Shown one piece after another: positions 15,442 to 23,988 of a stretch of 34,339 nt of DNA. Position 1 is the first letter of the stretch; each line of letters begins with the position of its first letter. Under the pieces are notes generated by a model, which worked only from the letters and a program-made list of their open reading frames with translations, had not been told where the DNA came from and made no database searches. Both the position numbers and the translations under genes were made by a program. Origin of the DNA: Thermoflexales bacterium (lineage in GTDB: Bacteria; Chloroflexota; Anaerolineae; B4-G1; SLSP01); assembly GCA_007130345.1 (NCBI GenBank), contig SLSP01000209.1:1-34339 (forward strand). The letters run 5' to 3'.

Positions 15442-15474
15442 CAAAAGCAAGCCGCCCAGAGACCTGGGCGGCTT
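15442..15474 (-). terminator. intrinsic terminator after the acetyl-CoA synthetase gene
   Basis: The minus strand reads AAGCCGCCCAG-GTCT-CTGGGCGGCTT followed by GCTTTTG, about 30 nt after the stop. Confidence 0.65.
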
Positions 15475-15502
15475 GAGATGTGCGTGCATAGGACGTGGCG
15501 GT

Positions 15503-17614
15503 TTACTTCTCTTTGAGGATAATCCGCGCGTCCACGACTTTGACGCCTTTGCCTTCAGGGTACACGATCACGGGGTTGGCGTCAGACTCCTGAATCTCAT
15601 CGCCCAACTCGTGAATCATCTGGGAATAGCGGCTCAGGACTTCGGAGAGGGCCTGGAGGTCGCCAGGCTCTTCACCGCGCGCGCCTTTGAGGATGGGCGC
15701 GCCCTTGATGGCGTTGATCATGGTCATGCCCTGATCGGCGGAGACGGGCGCCACGCGGAAGGTCACGTCCTTGAGGATTTCGACGAAGATGCCGCCTAGC
15801 CCGAACATCACGGTGGGGCCGAAGGTGGGATCGGCGATGGAGCCGAGGATGACCTCGGTGCCCCAGGGGGCCATCTCCTGAATGGCGATGCCCAGGATAT
15901 GCGCGTCGGCTTTGTAGGCTTTGGCGTTCGCCAGGATGGTGGTGTACGCTTCGCGGACGCTGGCTTCGTCCTGGATATCGACCTTGACGCCGCCGGCATC
16001 GGATTTGTGCAGGATGTCGGGGGACATAATTTTCATCACCACCGGGTAGCCGATAGCCTCGGCGGTCTTCACGGCTTCGTCTTCTGACGTTGCCAGCCGC
16101 GTGGTGGCAACCGGCAGGCCGTAAGCCTCGAAGATGACCTTCGATTCTACCTCGGTCAAGCTGGTGCTGTTCTCCGCGCGCACTTTGGCGATGATCTCGC
16201 GCGCTTTGGCCTCGTCCACATCCGCGTGCCGTTGGAAGGGCGTGGTGGCCTCGGCGGTGTTGCGGGCGTACTCGCGCAGGGCCGCTATCGCGTTGATTGC
16301 CATATCGGGCGCGTCGTAGGCCGGGATGCCGTGCTCCACCAGCCAGCGGCGGGCCTCGGCGGATTGCTCGCCGCCCACAAAGGAGACGACGACGGGCTTA
16401 TCCGTGATGCCGGATTCGTCTATCGCCTGCTTGATGCCCTGGGCGATTTCCACCGGATCGGTCATCGCGGTCTCGCAGTACAGCACCACCAGGCCATCCA
16501 CCCAATCGTGGGCGAAGGCATAGCGCGTGGACCCTTGATACCAGTCCATCCCGGCCATCCCGGTCAGATCGACGGGGTTTTTGGCGGAACCAAACGCGGG
16601 CATGTGCTTCTTCAACTCTTCTTGCACGTCTTCGGGGGCGAAGCGCAGCGGGAGACCGTAGCGCTCGGCGGCGTCCGTTGCCAGCACGCCCACGCCGCCG
16701 CCGTTGGTGACGATGAGCAAGTTGTCGCCCTGCATCGGCGGCTGGAGCGAGAGGGCCAGGGTGCGGTCGAAGAGGTTGTTCAGGTCAGCCGCGCGCACCA
16801 CGCCGGCCTGTTGGAACGCGGCATCGTAGACTTGGCCCGATCCCGCCAGCGAACCGGTGTGCGAGGCCGCCGCCGCCGCGCCGTGCGCCGAAACGCCCGA
16901 CTTCAGCGCGATGATGGGCTTGCCGGCGTCGCGGGCGGCCTGGATGAACTTCGGTCCGTTCTTCAGCCCTTCGATGTAGAGCGAAATGCAGGCGGTGTTC
17001 TCGTCCTGGCCGAGCCATTCTACCATATCGGCGAAGTTGACATCGGACATGTTGCCGATGGAGACCAGCTTATCGAAGCCGACGCGCCGGGTGTAGGTCG
17101 CGGCGTCCATGGCGATGAGCAGCGCGCCACTCTGGGATACCAGGGCGGCCTTGCCGGGCAGCGGCAGGAAGGGGGCAAAGGAGGCGTTGCAGCTATCGGA
17201 GTTCGAGAGGATGCCGACGATGTTCGGCCCCAGAACCCGCATCCCGTGCTCGCGCGCGGTGTTGACCACGCGCTCTTCCAGGTCGGTGAACCCGACTTCG
17301 CTGAAGCCGGAGGCGATAATGATCAGCCCTTTGACGCCTTTCTGGCCACATTGTGCGGTCACGTCGGGCACGTACTTGGCCGGAACGACGACGGCGGCAG
17401 CGTCAATATCTCCGGGAACGTCCAGCACTGAGGGGTAGGCTTTCAATCCCAGAATCTCATCACTGCCAGGGTTGATGGGGTAGATGTCACCCTGATAGTT
17501 GCTATCTATCAAATTTTTGACGACGGTGTAGCCAATTTTGCCGGGCGCGTTGGACGCGCCAATGACGGCAATGGCTTTAGGGCGTAAAAGACCGTTTAGA
17601 ACTTCAATATCCAC
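15503..17614 (-). CDS. ADP-forming acetyl-CoA synthetase / acetate--CoA ligase family protein (fused alpha-beta; CoA-binding + succinyl-CoA-synthetase-like + ATP-grasp)
   Basis: Has an N-terminal PKAIAVIGAS...GKIG CoA-binding Rossmann fold, the phosphohistidine region SHTGSLAG, and a C-terminal ATP-grasp (YGYPVVMKI...HKSDAGGV). GTG start is preceded by AGGAGGG. Confidence 0.85.
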   Translation of the reverse strand: MDIEVLNGLLRPKAIAVIGASNAPGKIGYTVVKNLIDSNYQGDIYPINPGSDEILGLKAYPSVLDVPGDIDAAAVVVPAKYVPDVTAQCGQKGVKGLIIIASGFSEVGFTDLEERVVNTAREHGMRVLGPNIVGILSNSDSCNASFAPFLPLPGKAALVSQSGALLIAMDAATYTRRVGFDKLVSIGNMSDVNFADMVEWLGQDENTACISLYIEGLKNGPKFIQAARDAGKPIIALKSGVSAHGAAAAASHTGSLAGSGQVYDAAFQQAGVVRAADLNNLFDRTLALSLQPPMQGDNLLIVTNGGGVGVLATDAAERYGLPLRFAPEDVQEELKKHMPAFGSAKNPVDLTGMAGMDWYQGSTRYAFAHDWVDGLVVLYCETAMTDPVEIAQGIKQAIDESGITDKPVVVSFVGGEQSAEARRWLVEHGIPAYDAPDMAINAIAALREYARNTAEATTPFQRHADVDEAKAREIIAKVRAENSTSLTEVESKVIFEAYGLPVATTRLATSEDEAVKTAEAIGYPVVMKIMSPDILHKSDAGGVKVDIQDEASVREAYTTILANAKAYKADAHILGIAIQEMAPWGTEVILGSIADPTFGPTVMFGLGGIFVEILKDVTFRVAPVSADQGMTMINAIKGAPILKGARGEEPGDLQALSEVLSRYSQMIHELGDEIQESDANPVIVYPEGKGVKVVDARIILKEK

Positions 17615-17666
17615 GTTGATACCCTCCTGATGTAATGACAGGTGAAAAGTTACGGTTCAATAATAC

Positions 17667-17691
17667 ATCGGGGGACTGCCGGTCCCCCGAT
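17667..17691 (-). terminator. hairpin after clpP
   Basis: ATCGGGGGAC-(loop)-GTCCCCCGAT, a 10-bp stem 5 nt after the clpP stop, followed on the minus strand by GTATTATTG. Confidence 0.55.
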
Positions 17692-17695
17692 TAAT

Positions 17696-18292
17696 TTAAG
17701 TTTCTGTTTCTTGCCCCAAGACCTTGTCCACTAAGCCATACTTGACAGCTTCCTGAGCGGTCATGTAGAAATCCCGGTCGGTGAACCGGCTGATCTGCTC
17801 CTCGTTCAACTCAGTGTGCTCGCGGAGAATGTCGTTGACAAGGTCACGCATCCGCAGGATCTCTTTGGCGGCAATTTCGATGTCCACGGCCTGGCCGCGG
17901 ACGCCGCCCAGGGGTTGGTGCAGGTGGATGGTGGCGTGAGGTAGGGCGTAGCGGCGCCCTTTGGCACCTGCCGTGAGCAGGATGGTCGCCATGCTGGCCG
18001 TCATCCCCACGGCGATGGTCGAAACGGGGGCTTGGGTCAATTGCATCGTATCGTAGATCGCCAGGCCCGCCGAGATCTCGCCACCGGGCGAGTTGATATA
18101 CAGCGAGATGTCGCGTTCGGGGTCTTCTTGATCCAGGAACAGGAGTTGGGCCACTATCAGATTGGCGACATCGGGGTTGACGGGGGTGCCCAAGAAGATG
18201 ATGCGCGATTTGAGCAACATCGTGTACACGTCGTAGCCAATTTCGCCACGCCCGGTGCTCTCAATAACTTTGGGGAATGGGATGATCCCCAT
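17696..18292 (-). CDS. clpP: ATP-dependent Clp protease proteolytic subunit
   Basis: Has RIIFLG, YINSPGG, the GMTASMA catalytic Ser, and the HQP catalytic His. Confidence 0.95.
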   Translation of the reverse strand: MGIIPFPKVIESTGRGEIGYDVYTMLLKSRIIFLGTPVNPDVANLIVAQLLFLDQEDPERDISLYINSPGGEISAGLAIYDTMQLTQAPVSTIAVGMTASMATILLTAGAKGRRYALPHATIHLHQPLGGVRGQAVDIEIAAKEILRMRDLVNDILREHTELNEEQISRFTDRDFYMTAQEAVKYGLVDKVLGQETET

Positions 18293-18328
18293 ACATAACC
18301 TCCCTCTTTTTACCAGACTTTGGAAGTC

Positions 18329-19783
18329 TCAGGCGGCGTCCTCGTCTGCCGGAGCCTCGTCCTCGATTTCGCCTTCGTCCTCGACCTCGATATCGACCTC
18401 AACCGCGTCCATATCCTCGTCCGCGTCATCCTCGACGTCCTCTTCATAGGCAACGATGGTCTCTGAGGCTTCTTCCGTGGTAACTTCGCCTCCGGCGATG
18501 GCGAGCAGGTGAGCGAAGCACTTGCGCTTCAAAATCTCATTGCGGATCGTTTTCCCTACATCGGAGTCCAAGTCGAGTTCGGGAGCCACTGCCATGGACT
18601 TCCCCGTGGCTTCTATCAGCTCGGCGTAGGCGGCGTAGACTTCCGCGTCGCTGGCCGTGATGTCCTCTTCTGCCGCGAACGTGCTGAGTACCAGGGAATA
18701 GATGACACGCTTTCTGGCCTGCCCCACTAAACTTTCCCGGAATTCTTCCAGGGTTTTCCCCTCAAGGCGTAGTGCATCTTCTAGTGAGATTTTATGCTTC
18801 TTTTGCACGCTTTTTGCGTGTTCCTCGGTGAGGGTGTCCAGGGTTTCTTCCAGCAGCACGGGAGGATAGCGCACGTCTGCCTGTTCCGCCAGGGTTTCGA
18901 GTAATTCGTTCTGGTGCTCCGTTTCTTGCTCGCGTAGTTTGCGCTCCAGGACGTGGTGGCGGATGTTCTCTTTGAGATCGGCGAGGGTCTCGAAGTTGCC
19001 GACACTGCTGGCGAGGGCGTCGTCCAAATCAGGCATAGTGTAGGCGCAGACCTTGTGGATGATCACGTCGAAGGCAGCCTCGGCATTTCTCAGTCGCTCG
19101 TCATCCAAAGTCTCCGGCAGCGTGATGGTGAAGGCTTTCTCATCATCGGCTGCCATCCCCACTATCTCGTCGTAGAACGCCGGAGTGAGGAAGGGATCGT
19201 CCTCGTCTAGCAGGAACGCCTCGCTGTCTTTATCGATGAGCACCAACTCGCCCTCTTCTTCATCATCCACGCTGCCAAAGATGTCGATGTAAACCAAGTC
19301 ACCATATTGGCAGGGTCGCTCTACGACCTCTTCCGTGGCGTTGTCGGCGCGGATGTGCTCCAAAACATCGGCGACTTCCGCATCATCGACCGTTGGCTCA
19401 GTCCAGTCTGTCCGCAAGCTATGATAGTCGCCCAGGGTCACCTCGGGCGCGAGGGGCACCAGGATGTTGAAGGTGAGCTGGTCGTCCACGTTCATATCCT
19501 CGACCGTGCCGTTTTGATAAGGCTTGATACCGGCATCCTCAATCACCTTGGGGTAGATCTCTTGGATCATGCTCTCGGCGGCTTCTTGTTTTAAGCGGTC
19601 GGTACCCACGTAACGCATAATTTTCCCGAAGGGTGCGCGTCCCTTGCGGAATCCAGGGATATGCACATTGTATGAAATGTTCCTGGCAGCCTCGCGTAGG
19701 GTTTTTTGGAAGGCTGCTTCTTCTATCTCGACAGTGATATAGGCTTCGTGCGTATCCAGAATTTTTGTTTCAAGTTTATACAT
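18329..19783 (-). CDS. tig: trigger factor with an acidic C-terminal extension
   Basis: Has the N-terminal ribosome-binding signature PGFRKGRAP. Its length and domain order are typical of Tig. ATG at 19783 is preceded by GGAGG at 8 nt. The track start at 19825 overlaps the predicted -10. Confidence 0.9.
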   Translation of the reverse strand: MYKLETKILDTHEAYITVEIEEAAFQKTLREAARNISYNVHIPGFRKGRAPFGKIMRYVGTDRLKQEAAESMIQEIYPKVIEDAGIKPYQNGTVEDMNVDDQLTFNILVPLAPEVTLGDYHSLRTDWTEPTVDDAEVADVLEHIRADNATEEVVERPCQYGDLVYIDIFGSVDDEEEGELVLIDKDSEAFLLDEDDPFLTPAFYDEIVGMAADDEKAFTITLPETLDDERLRNAEAAFDVIIHKVCAYTMPDLDDALASSVGNFETLADLKENIRHHVLERKLREQETEHQNELLETLAEQADVRYPPVLLEETLDTLTEEHAKSVQKKHKISLEDALRLEGKTLEEFRESLVGQARKRVIYSLVLSTFAAEEDITASDAEVYAAYAELIEATGKSMAVAPELDLDSDVGKTIRNEILKRKCFAHLLAIAGGEVTTEEASETIVAYEEDVEDDADEDMDAVEVDIEVEDEGEIEDEAPADEDAA

Positions 19784-19823
19784 TGGAATACCTCCATTTA
19801 GCAAATCATCGAGATTATAGCAC

Positions 19824-19832
19824 ACTCTGAGT
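19824..19832 (-). promoter_or_regulatory. candidate extended -10 promoter for tig (TGcTATAAT)
   Basis: The minus strand reads GTGTGCTATAATCTCG, about 40 nt upstream of the tig ATG. Confidence 0.4.
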
Positions 19833-19880
19833 GAAATACCAGTGAGAAATAGCCACCGAGTTTAGGAGAGATGCCAACTT

Positions 19881-19960
19881 CGTCAACCGTGAAACGTCAA
19901 TGTGTCTCACAAAGGCGAACCCAGAGCGATCATAGCCCCATGACGTTTGACGCATGACGA
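19881..19960. repeat. R3 motif pair (CGTCAAnCGTnAAACGTCA ... TGACGTTTGACGCATGACG) in inverted orientation
   Basis: CGTCAACCGTGAAACGTCAATG lies at 19881-19902 and CATGACGTTTGACGCATGACGA at 19939-19960, with a 36-nt spacer. The 19-mer TGACGTTTGACGCATGACG (19941-19959) is identical to 28444-28462. Confidence 0.55.
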
Positions 19961-20009
19961 CCCCAGCATCTTCCTCACGATGAACTTATCACAAAAAGTA
20001 AATGGATGT

Positions 20010-20038
20010 TTGACAAATCAGGTTGCCGATGTTAAAAT
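20010..20038 (+). promoter_or_regulatory. near-consensus sigma70-type promoter for the + strand methyltransferase/regulator pair
   Basis: TTGACA (20010-20015), a 17-nt spacer, then TAAAAT (20033-20038). A second TATAAT lies at 20055-20060. Confidence 0.55.
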
Positions 20039-20101
20039 GAAAATGTTCATCTACTATAATATCCCTTAATCTCAGGGGGGCAATTCATCAATCGCAAACA
20101 G

Positions 20102-20725
20102 TTGTTCGATAATTGGGCAGAGTATTATGCGCCTGGCGCGGATGCAACGCCAGATGCGTTCCCGTTTGCCGGATATGCGCGCGTTTTGGATGAAGTTGTC
20201 AGTCTGGCGCACCTCGAACCGGAGATGCGGGTGCTCGATCTGGGAATTGGCACCGGTAATCTGGCCGCGCGGTTTCTGCACGCGGGTTGCCGTGTGTGGG
20301 GAATAGACTTTTCCATGCACATGTTGGCTCAGACTCGCGCGCAGTTGCCCCAGGTCAACCTGATCCAAGCGGATTTGTTGGCCGCGTGGCCTCTGAGTTG
20401 GCGACAACCGTTCGCGCGCGTTGTATCGGCCTATGTTTTCCATGAATTCGATCTTGCCATCAAACTCAGCCTGCTCCAACGCATCGCTCGACACTACCTC
20501 GCGCCGCGAGGCCAAGTGCTTATCGCCGATATTGCCTTTCCGACCGCGGATGCTCGCGCGGCTGCCGCGCGGCGTTGGGCCGCGGATTGGGATGAAGATG
20601 AGCATTATTGGGCCGCCGATGAGGTTATCGCAGCGAGCGCGCAGATCGGATTGCAGGTAACCTATCGACAGGTATCCAGTTGTGGCGGGGTATTTGTCTT
20701 CACGGTTAAGGAAACGGGAGTATAG
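20102..20725 (+). CDS. class I SAM-dependent methyltransferase (small, soluble)
   Basis: Motif I is VLDLGIGTGNL, followed by GIDFS and post-I/II blocks. TTG is the only in-frame start upstream of motif I, and I see no clear SD, so the start is uncertain. Confidence 0.75.
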   Translation: MFDNWAEYYAPGADATPDAFPFAGYARVLDEVVSLAHLEPEMRVLDLGIGTGNLAARFLHAGCRVWGIDFSMHMLAQTRAQLPQVNLIQADLLAAWPLSWRQPFARVVSAYVFHEFDLAIKLSLLQRIARHYLAPRGQVLIADIAFPTADARAAAARRWAADWDEDEHYWAADEVIAASAQIGLQVTYRQVSSCGGVFVFTVKETGV

Positions 20726-20782
20726 CCGCGCCCCGATATGCGGCGCGCGCGGCAGGTGACGGAATTGCTTAGGAGAAGAGCG

Positions 20783-21403
20783 ATGCAGGATACGCGCCAG
20801 CAGATTTTGGAAATCCTCAAGAGTTGTGGTGAGGTCACGGTGCATGAGCTAAGCCGGAACCTGAAATTAACCAGTGTCACAGTACGCCATCACCTGGAAA
20901 TCCTGCGCTCTGAAGGCTACATCTCCGATCCGGAGGTGCGCCGTTCCAACCGCCCCGGACGGCCCCGCTATGTGTACCGCCTGACCTCTACTGCTGCCGA
21001 TCTCTTCCCCAACAACTATAGCGGGCTGGCCGAAGCCCTGTTGAGCGCGGTCAGCGAATATACTACCCCCGAAGAACGCCAGGCAATTTTGGAGGATGCC
21101 GCCCGGCGCATTGTGGGAGATATGCCCCCACTTCCGGCGGCCCCTGAACAACGGATGGATCGTCTGGTGGATTTTATGACGCGGCGGGGTTTTGTGGTGC
21201 GCTGGCAACAAGATGAGGCGGGTAAGTACGTGCTCCTCATCAGCAGTTGTCCGTATCATTACGTGGCCCAGAAGCAAACGGATACCTGCGCCATTGACGT
21301 TTTGATGATTGGAGAAGTTTCGGGAGGCGTGCCGCAGCGTGTCCAGGGATACGCGCGCGAGGGCGCGCTCTGCGTGTACGAGATTCAATGGGATGATGTG
21401 TAG
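20783..21403 (+). CDS. ArsR-type winged-helix transcriptional regulator with C-terminal Cys-containing sensor domain (SufR-like)
   Basis: The N-terminal HTH is ILEILKSCGEVTVHELSRNLKLTSVTVRHHLEILRSEGYI...GRPRYVYRLT. The C-terminal CPYHYVA-x6-C-x27-C pattern resembles the SufR Fe-S ligand layout. ATG at 20783 is preceded by AGGAG. Confidence 0.6.
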   Translation: MQDTRQQILEILKSCGEVTVHELSRNLKLTSVTVRHHLEILRSEGYISDPEVRRSNRPGRPRYVYRLTSTAADLFPNNYSGLAEALLSAVSEYTTPEERQAILEDAARRIVGDMPPLPAAPEQRMDRLVDFMTRRGFVVRWQQDEAGKYVLLISSCPYHYVAQKQTDTCAIDVLMIGEVSGGVPQRVQGYAREGALCVYEIQWDDV

Positions 21404-21424
21404 GCCGTGCCGGACAGCCACGTG

Positions 21425-21455
21425 ACCGCCCCCTCTCGATTTGAGAGGGGGCGGT
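21425..21455. terminator. bidirectional intrinsic terminator between the regulator (+) and rho (-)
   Basis: ACCGCCCCCTCTC-GATTT-GAGAGGGGGCGGT is a perfect 13-bp stem, followed by TTTTGA on +. Confidence 0.7.
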
Positions 21456-21472
21456 TTTGATGGCGTGCTGGG

Positions 21473-22966
21473 CTACTGTAAATTACGGGTGAGCACATCC
21501 AGGAACTCGCGGTTGGTACGGGTTTTGCGCATCCGCTGCAACAGCGCCTCTGTGGCTGCTGTGACATCGTAGCCGGGCGTGTTCGCTGTGCCGGTCATCA
21601 TCTGCGAGAACATCCGGCGCATCAGCCAGACCTTGCGCAGCGTTTCGCGGTCGAGCAGCAGCTCTTCGCGGCGAGTGCCGGAGCGCGTGATGTCGAAGGC
21701 GGGGAAGATGCGGCGCTCTTGTAGCTTGCGGTTCAGGTGAAGTTCCATATTACCGGTGCCTTTGAATTCCTCATAGATCATATCGTCCATCCGGCTGCCG
21801 GTATCGATGAGACACGTCGCCATCACAGTGAGGCTGGCGCCTCCTTCGATGTTGCGCGCCGCGCCGAAGAACTTCTTAGGCGGATAGAGCGCCGCCGGGT
21901 CAAGGCCGCCGGAAAGCGTGCGTCCGCTCGGTTGCACTACCAGGTTGTAGGCGCGGGTCAGGCGGGTCAGGCTGTCGATCAGGATCACCACGTTGCGGTT
22001 CAGCTCGACCAAGCGTTTGGCGCGACTGAGCGCCATTTCTGCGACCCGGGCCTGGCGGTCTACCGTCTCGTCGAAGGTGGAACTGATGACTTCGGCGTCC
22101 ACCGAACGATCCATATCCGTCACCTCTTCGGGACGCTCGCCGATCAGCACGACCATCAGGTGCGTGTCGGGGTGGTTGGCCGAGATGCCGTTGGCGATCT
22201 TCTTCAGCACCATCGTCTTACCGGCTTTGGGCGGCGAGACGATCAGCCCCCGCTGCCCAAAGCCGATGGGGGCGACCAGTTCCAGCAGTCGCTGGGTGAT
22301 GTTGCGCGGGCCGGTATTGAGCAAGAACGGCTCTTCGGGGAAGATCGGGGTGAGTCGCTCGAAACGGGGGCGATCCTTGCAGGTCTCCGGATCCATCCCA
22401 TTGACGGCCTCAACGCGCAACAGGCTGCGATACTTCTCGGTCTCTTTGGGGGGGCGGACTTGGCCGATCACCATATCGCCGGTGCGTAACCCAAAGCGGC
22501 GAATCTGGCTTTGAGACACGTAGACATCCTCCGGCCCCGGCAGATAGCGTGAAGAGCGCAAGAAGCCGATGCCTTCCGTCGTGATCTCCAGAATCCCGCC
22601 GCCGAAGCTGTAGCCTTCGCGCTCGGCTTTGGCTTTGAGCAGCAACAGGATCAGATCGTCCTTTTTGCGCCCACTGTACCCGGACACATGATACTGCCGG
22701 GCCAGGTCGCGCAGTTCCGGCAAGCGCAACTGCTCCAGCGCGTTCATATCCATGAGCCGCAGCGCGTCCTGTTCGTCTATCTGTTCGTCTCCCGGTTTGT
22801 CTCCCCGCTCGTCTTCCGGGTTGTCTTCCTGTTCACCGGCCTGCTCAGCGGCTTCCAGGGCGTCTTCTTCCGGTATCTCTAGGATCCGATCTTCATCTTC
22901 CTCTGAGATATATAATTCTTCGGCGGGGCTATCGTCGTTTAATCCGTTAGTATCTTGTGCGTACAC
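21473..22966 (-). CDS. rho: transcription termination factor Rho with about 70-aa acidic N-terminal extension
   Basis: Has the Walker [11 protein letters not shown], the RNA-binding domain GFGFLR-type motif (GIGFLRS), and a conserved C-terminal ATPase. GTG at 22966 is preceded by GGAGG at 7 nt. The track start at 23095 would overlap cdsA. Confidence 0.9.
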   Translation of the reverse strand: MYAQDTNGLNDDSPAEELYISEEDEDRILEIPEEDALEAAEQAGEQEDNPEDERGDKPGDEQIDEQDALRLMDMNALEQLRLPELRDLARQYHVSGYSGRKKDDLILLLLKAKAEREGYSFGGGILEITTEGIGFLRSSRYLPGPEDVYVSQSQIRRFGLRTGDMVIGQVRPPKETEKYRSLLRVEAVNGMDPETCKDRPRFERLTPIFPEEPFLLNTGPRNITQRLLELVAPIGFGQRGLIVSPPKAGKTMVLKKIANGISANHPDTHLMVVLIGERPEEVTDMDRSVDAEVISSTFDETVDRQARVAEMALSRAKRLVELNRNVVILIDSLTRLTRAYNLVVQPSGRTLSGGLDPAALYPPKKFFGAARNIEGGASLTVMATCLIDTGSRMDDMIYEEFKGTGNMELHLNRKLQERRIFPAFDITRSGTRREELLLDRETLRKVWLMRRMFSQMMTGTANTPGYDVTAATEALLQRMRKTRTNREFLDVLTRNLQ

Positions 22967-23069
22967 GGAATGTCCTCCTTGACAAGAAAAGGTTCTGCTG
23001 GATGTGGGGGTCCGGTTGTTGGGGTTGTTCAGGGGAGCGGGGCCGCTTTGAGGGCCAGCCCCGCGCGTC

Positions 23070-23900
23070 TCATAGGTACCAGAGCCACTGCGCAATGGCG
23101 AAAGCCAATATACCCGTCCACAACAAACTATCTATGCGATCCAACACTCCCCCGTGCCCGGGGATGAGCGCGCCGGTGTCTTTGATGCCGACTTCGCGCT
23201 TGATCATCGAGATGAAGAAGTCTCCGGCGGTCGTGATGGTGGCGATGACCAGGCCCAAGATGCCGCCCTTCCACATATTCACGCTCAGGGTCACGCCAGC
23301 GAACCTCGGCATAAAGCCGCCGAGCAGCAATCCCGTCACGATGCCCGCGATGACCTCACCAGCGTAACCTTCCCAACTCTTACCGGGGCTGATGTGCGGG
23401 GCGATTTTGTGTCGCCCATAGCGCCGTCCCACAAAATAGGCCGCCGACTCGCTGACCCACACGATGGGGAGGGCGGTAAGCATCCACCACAGGCCCTCTG
23501 GCATCGCGCGGAGTTGGTAGATATACGCGCCTCCCAGTCCGATGTAGAGGCCGCCGGCCAGGGTCAAGGCCCACTGCGCCGTGAAGTTACCGTCATCGGG
23601 ATGGCGTTGTCTTCGATAGAGTGCCCACGCGGCGGTCAGCAGGCTGATCGCCGCCATGCCGTGCGGCAACCAGGCGTCGAGGGGCTGGTAGGCGTCGGCG
23701 AGCCACAGCCAGTTGATCGCCAACGTCAGCGGGAGGGCCAACGTATACCCGCTGCGCCGTAACATTGCCACATATTCGCCACAGGCCAAGCCGGTGGCGA
23801 GGGCCAAAAACAGCGCAAAAGGCCAATGCCCGATGACCAAAACGGTGATGACTATCGGCAAGAGAATCGCAGCACTAAGGGTTCGCGCTTTCATAGACAC
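23070..23900 (-). CDS. cdsA: phosphatidate cytidylyltransferase (CDP-diglyceride synthase)
   Basis: Polytopic, with the C-terminal signature SMIKREVGIKDTGALIPGHGGVLDRIDS. Confidence 0.9.
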   Translation of the reverse strand: MSMKARTLSAAILLPIVITVLVIGHWPFALFLALATGLACGEYVAMLRRSGYTLALPLTLAINWLWLADAYQPLDAWLPHGMAAISLLTAAWALYRRQRHPDDGNFTAQWALTLAGGLYIGLGGAYIYQLRAMPEGLWWMLTALPIVWVSESAAYFVGRRYGRHKIAPHISPGKSWEGYAGEVIAGIVTGLLLGGFMPRFAGVTLSVNMWKGGILGLVIATITTAGDFFISMIKREVGIKDTGALIPGHGGVLDRIDSLLWTGILAFAIAQWLWYL

Positions 23901-23988
23901 GGTGGGCGATAGTAAGGCCAGCCGACTACGTCCGGGGTAGGCCGGTATCGCAAGGTTGGGATATTCATTCGGAGTCTTCGATGATCAA

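Noticed and set aside
14893-15502. A CRISPR array or retron-like ncRNA as an explanation for the dense repeats here and at 26295-26641.
   Set aside because: The repeats belong to different families and are not regularly spaced direct repeats with unique spacers. No cas genes or reverse transcriptase lie anywhere in the window.
22967-23095. Longer N-terminal extensions offered by the ORF track. These are rho from 23095, tig from 19825, frr from 25521, folC from 28464, yggT from 14201, the regulator from 20738, the NuoH-like gene from 7363, the NuoI-like gene from 6402, and glgP from 2659.
   Set aside because: In each case a downstream ATG or GTG has a well-spaced GGAGG-type SD. The extension would overlap the upstream gene, a predicted promoter or a repeat element, and it adds non-homologous residues.
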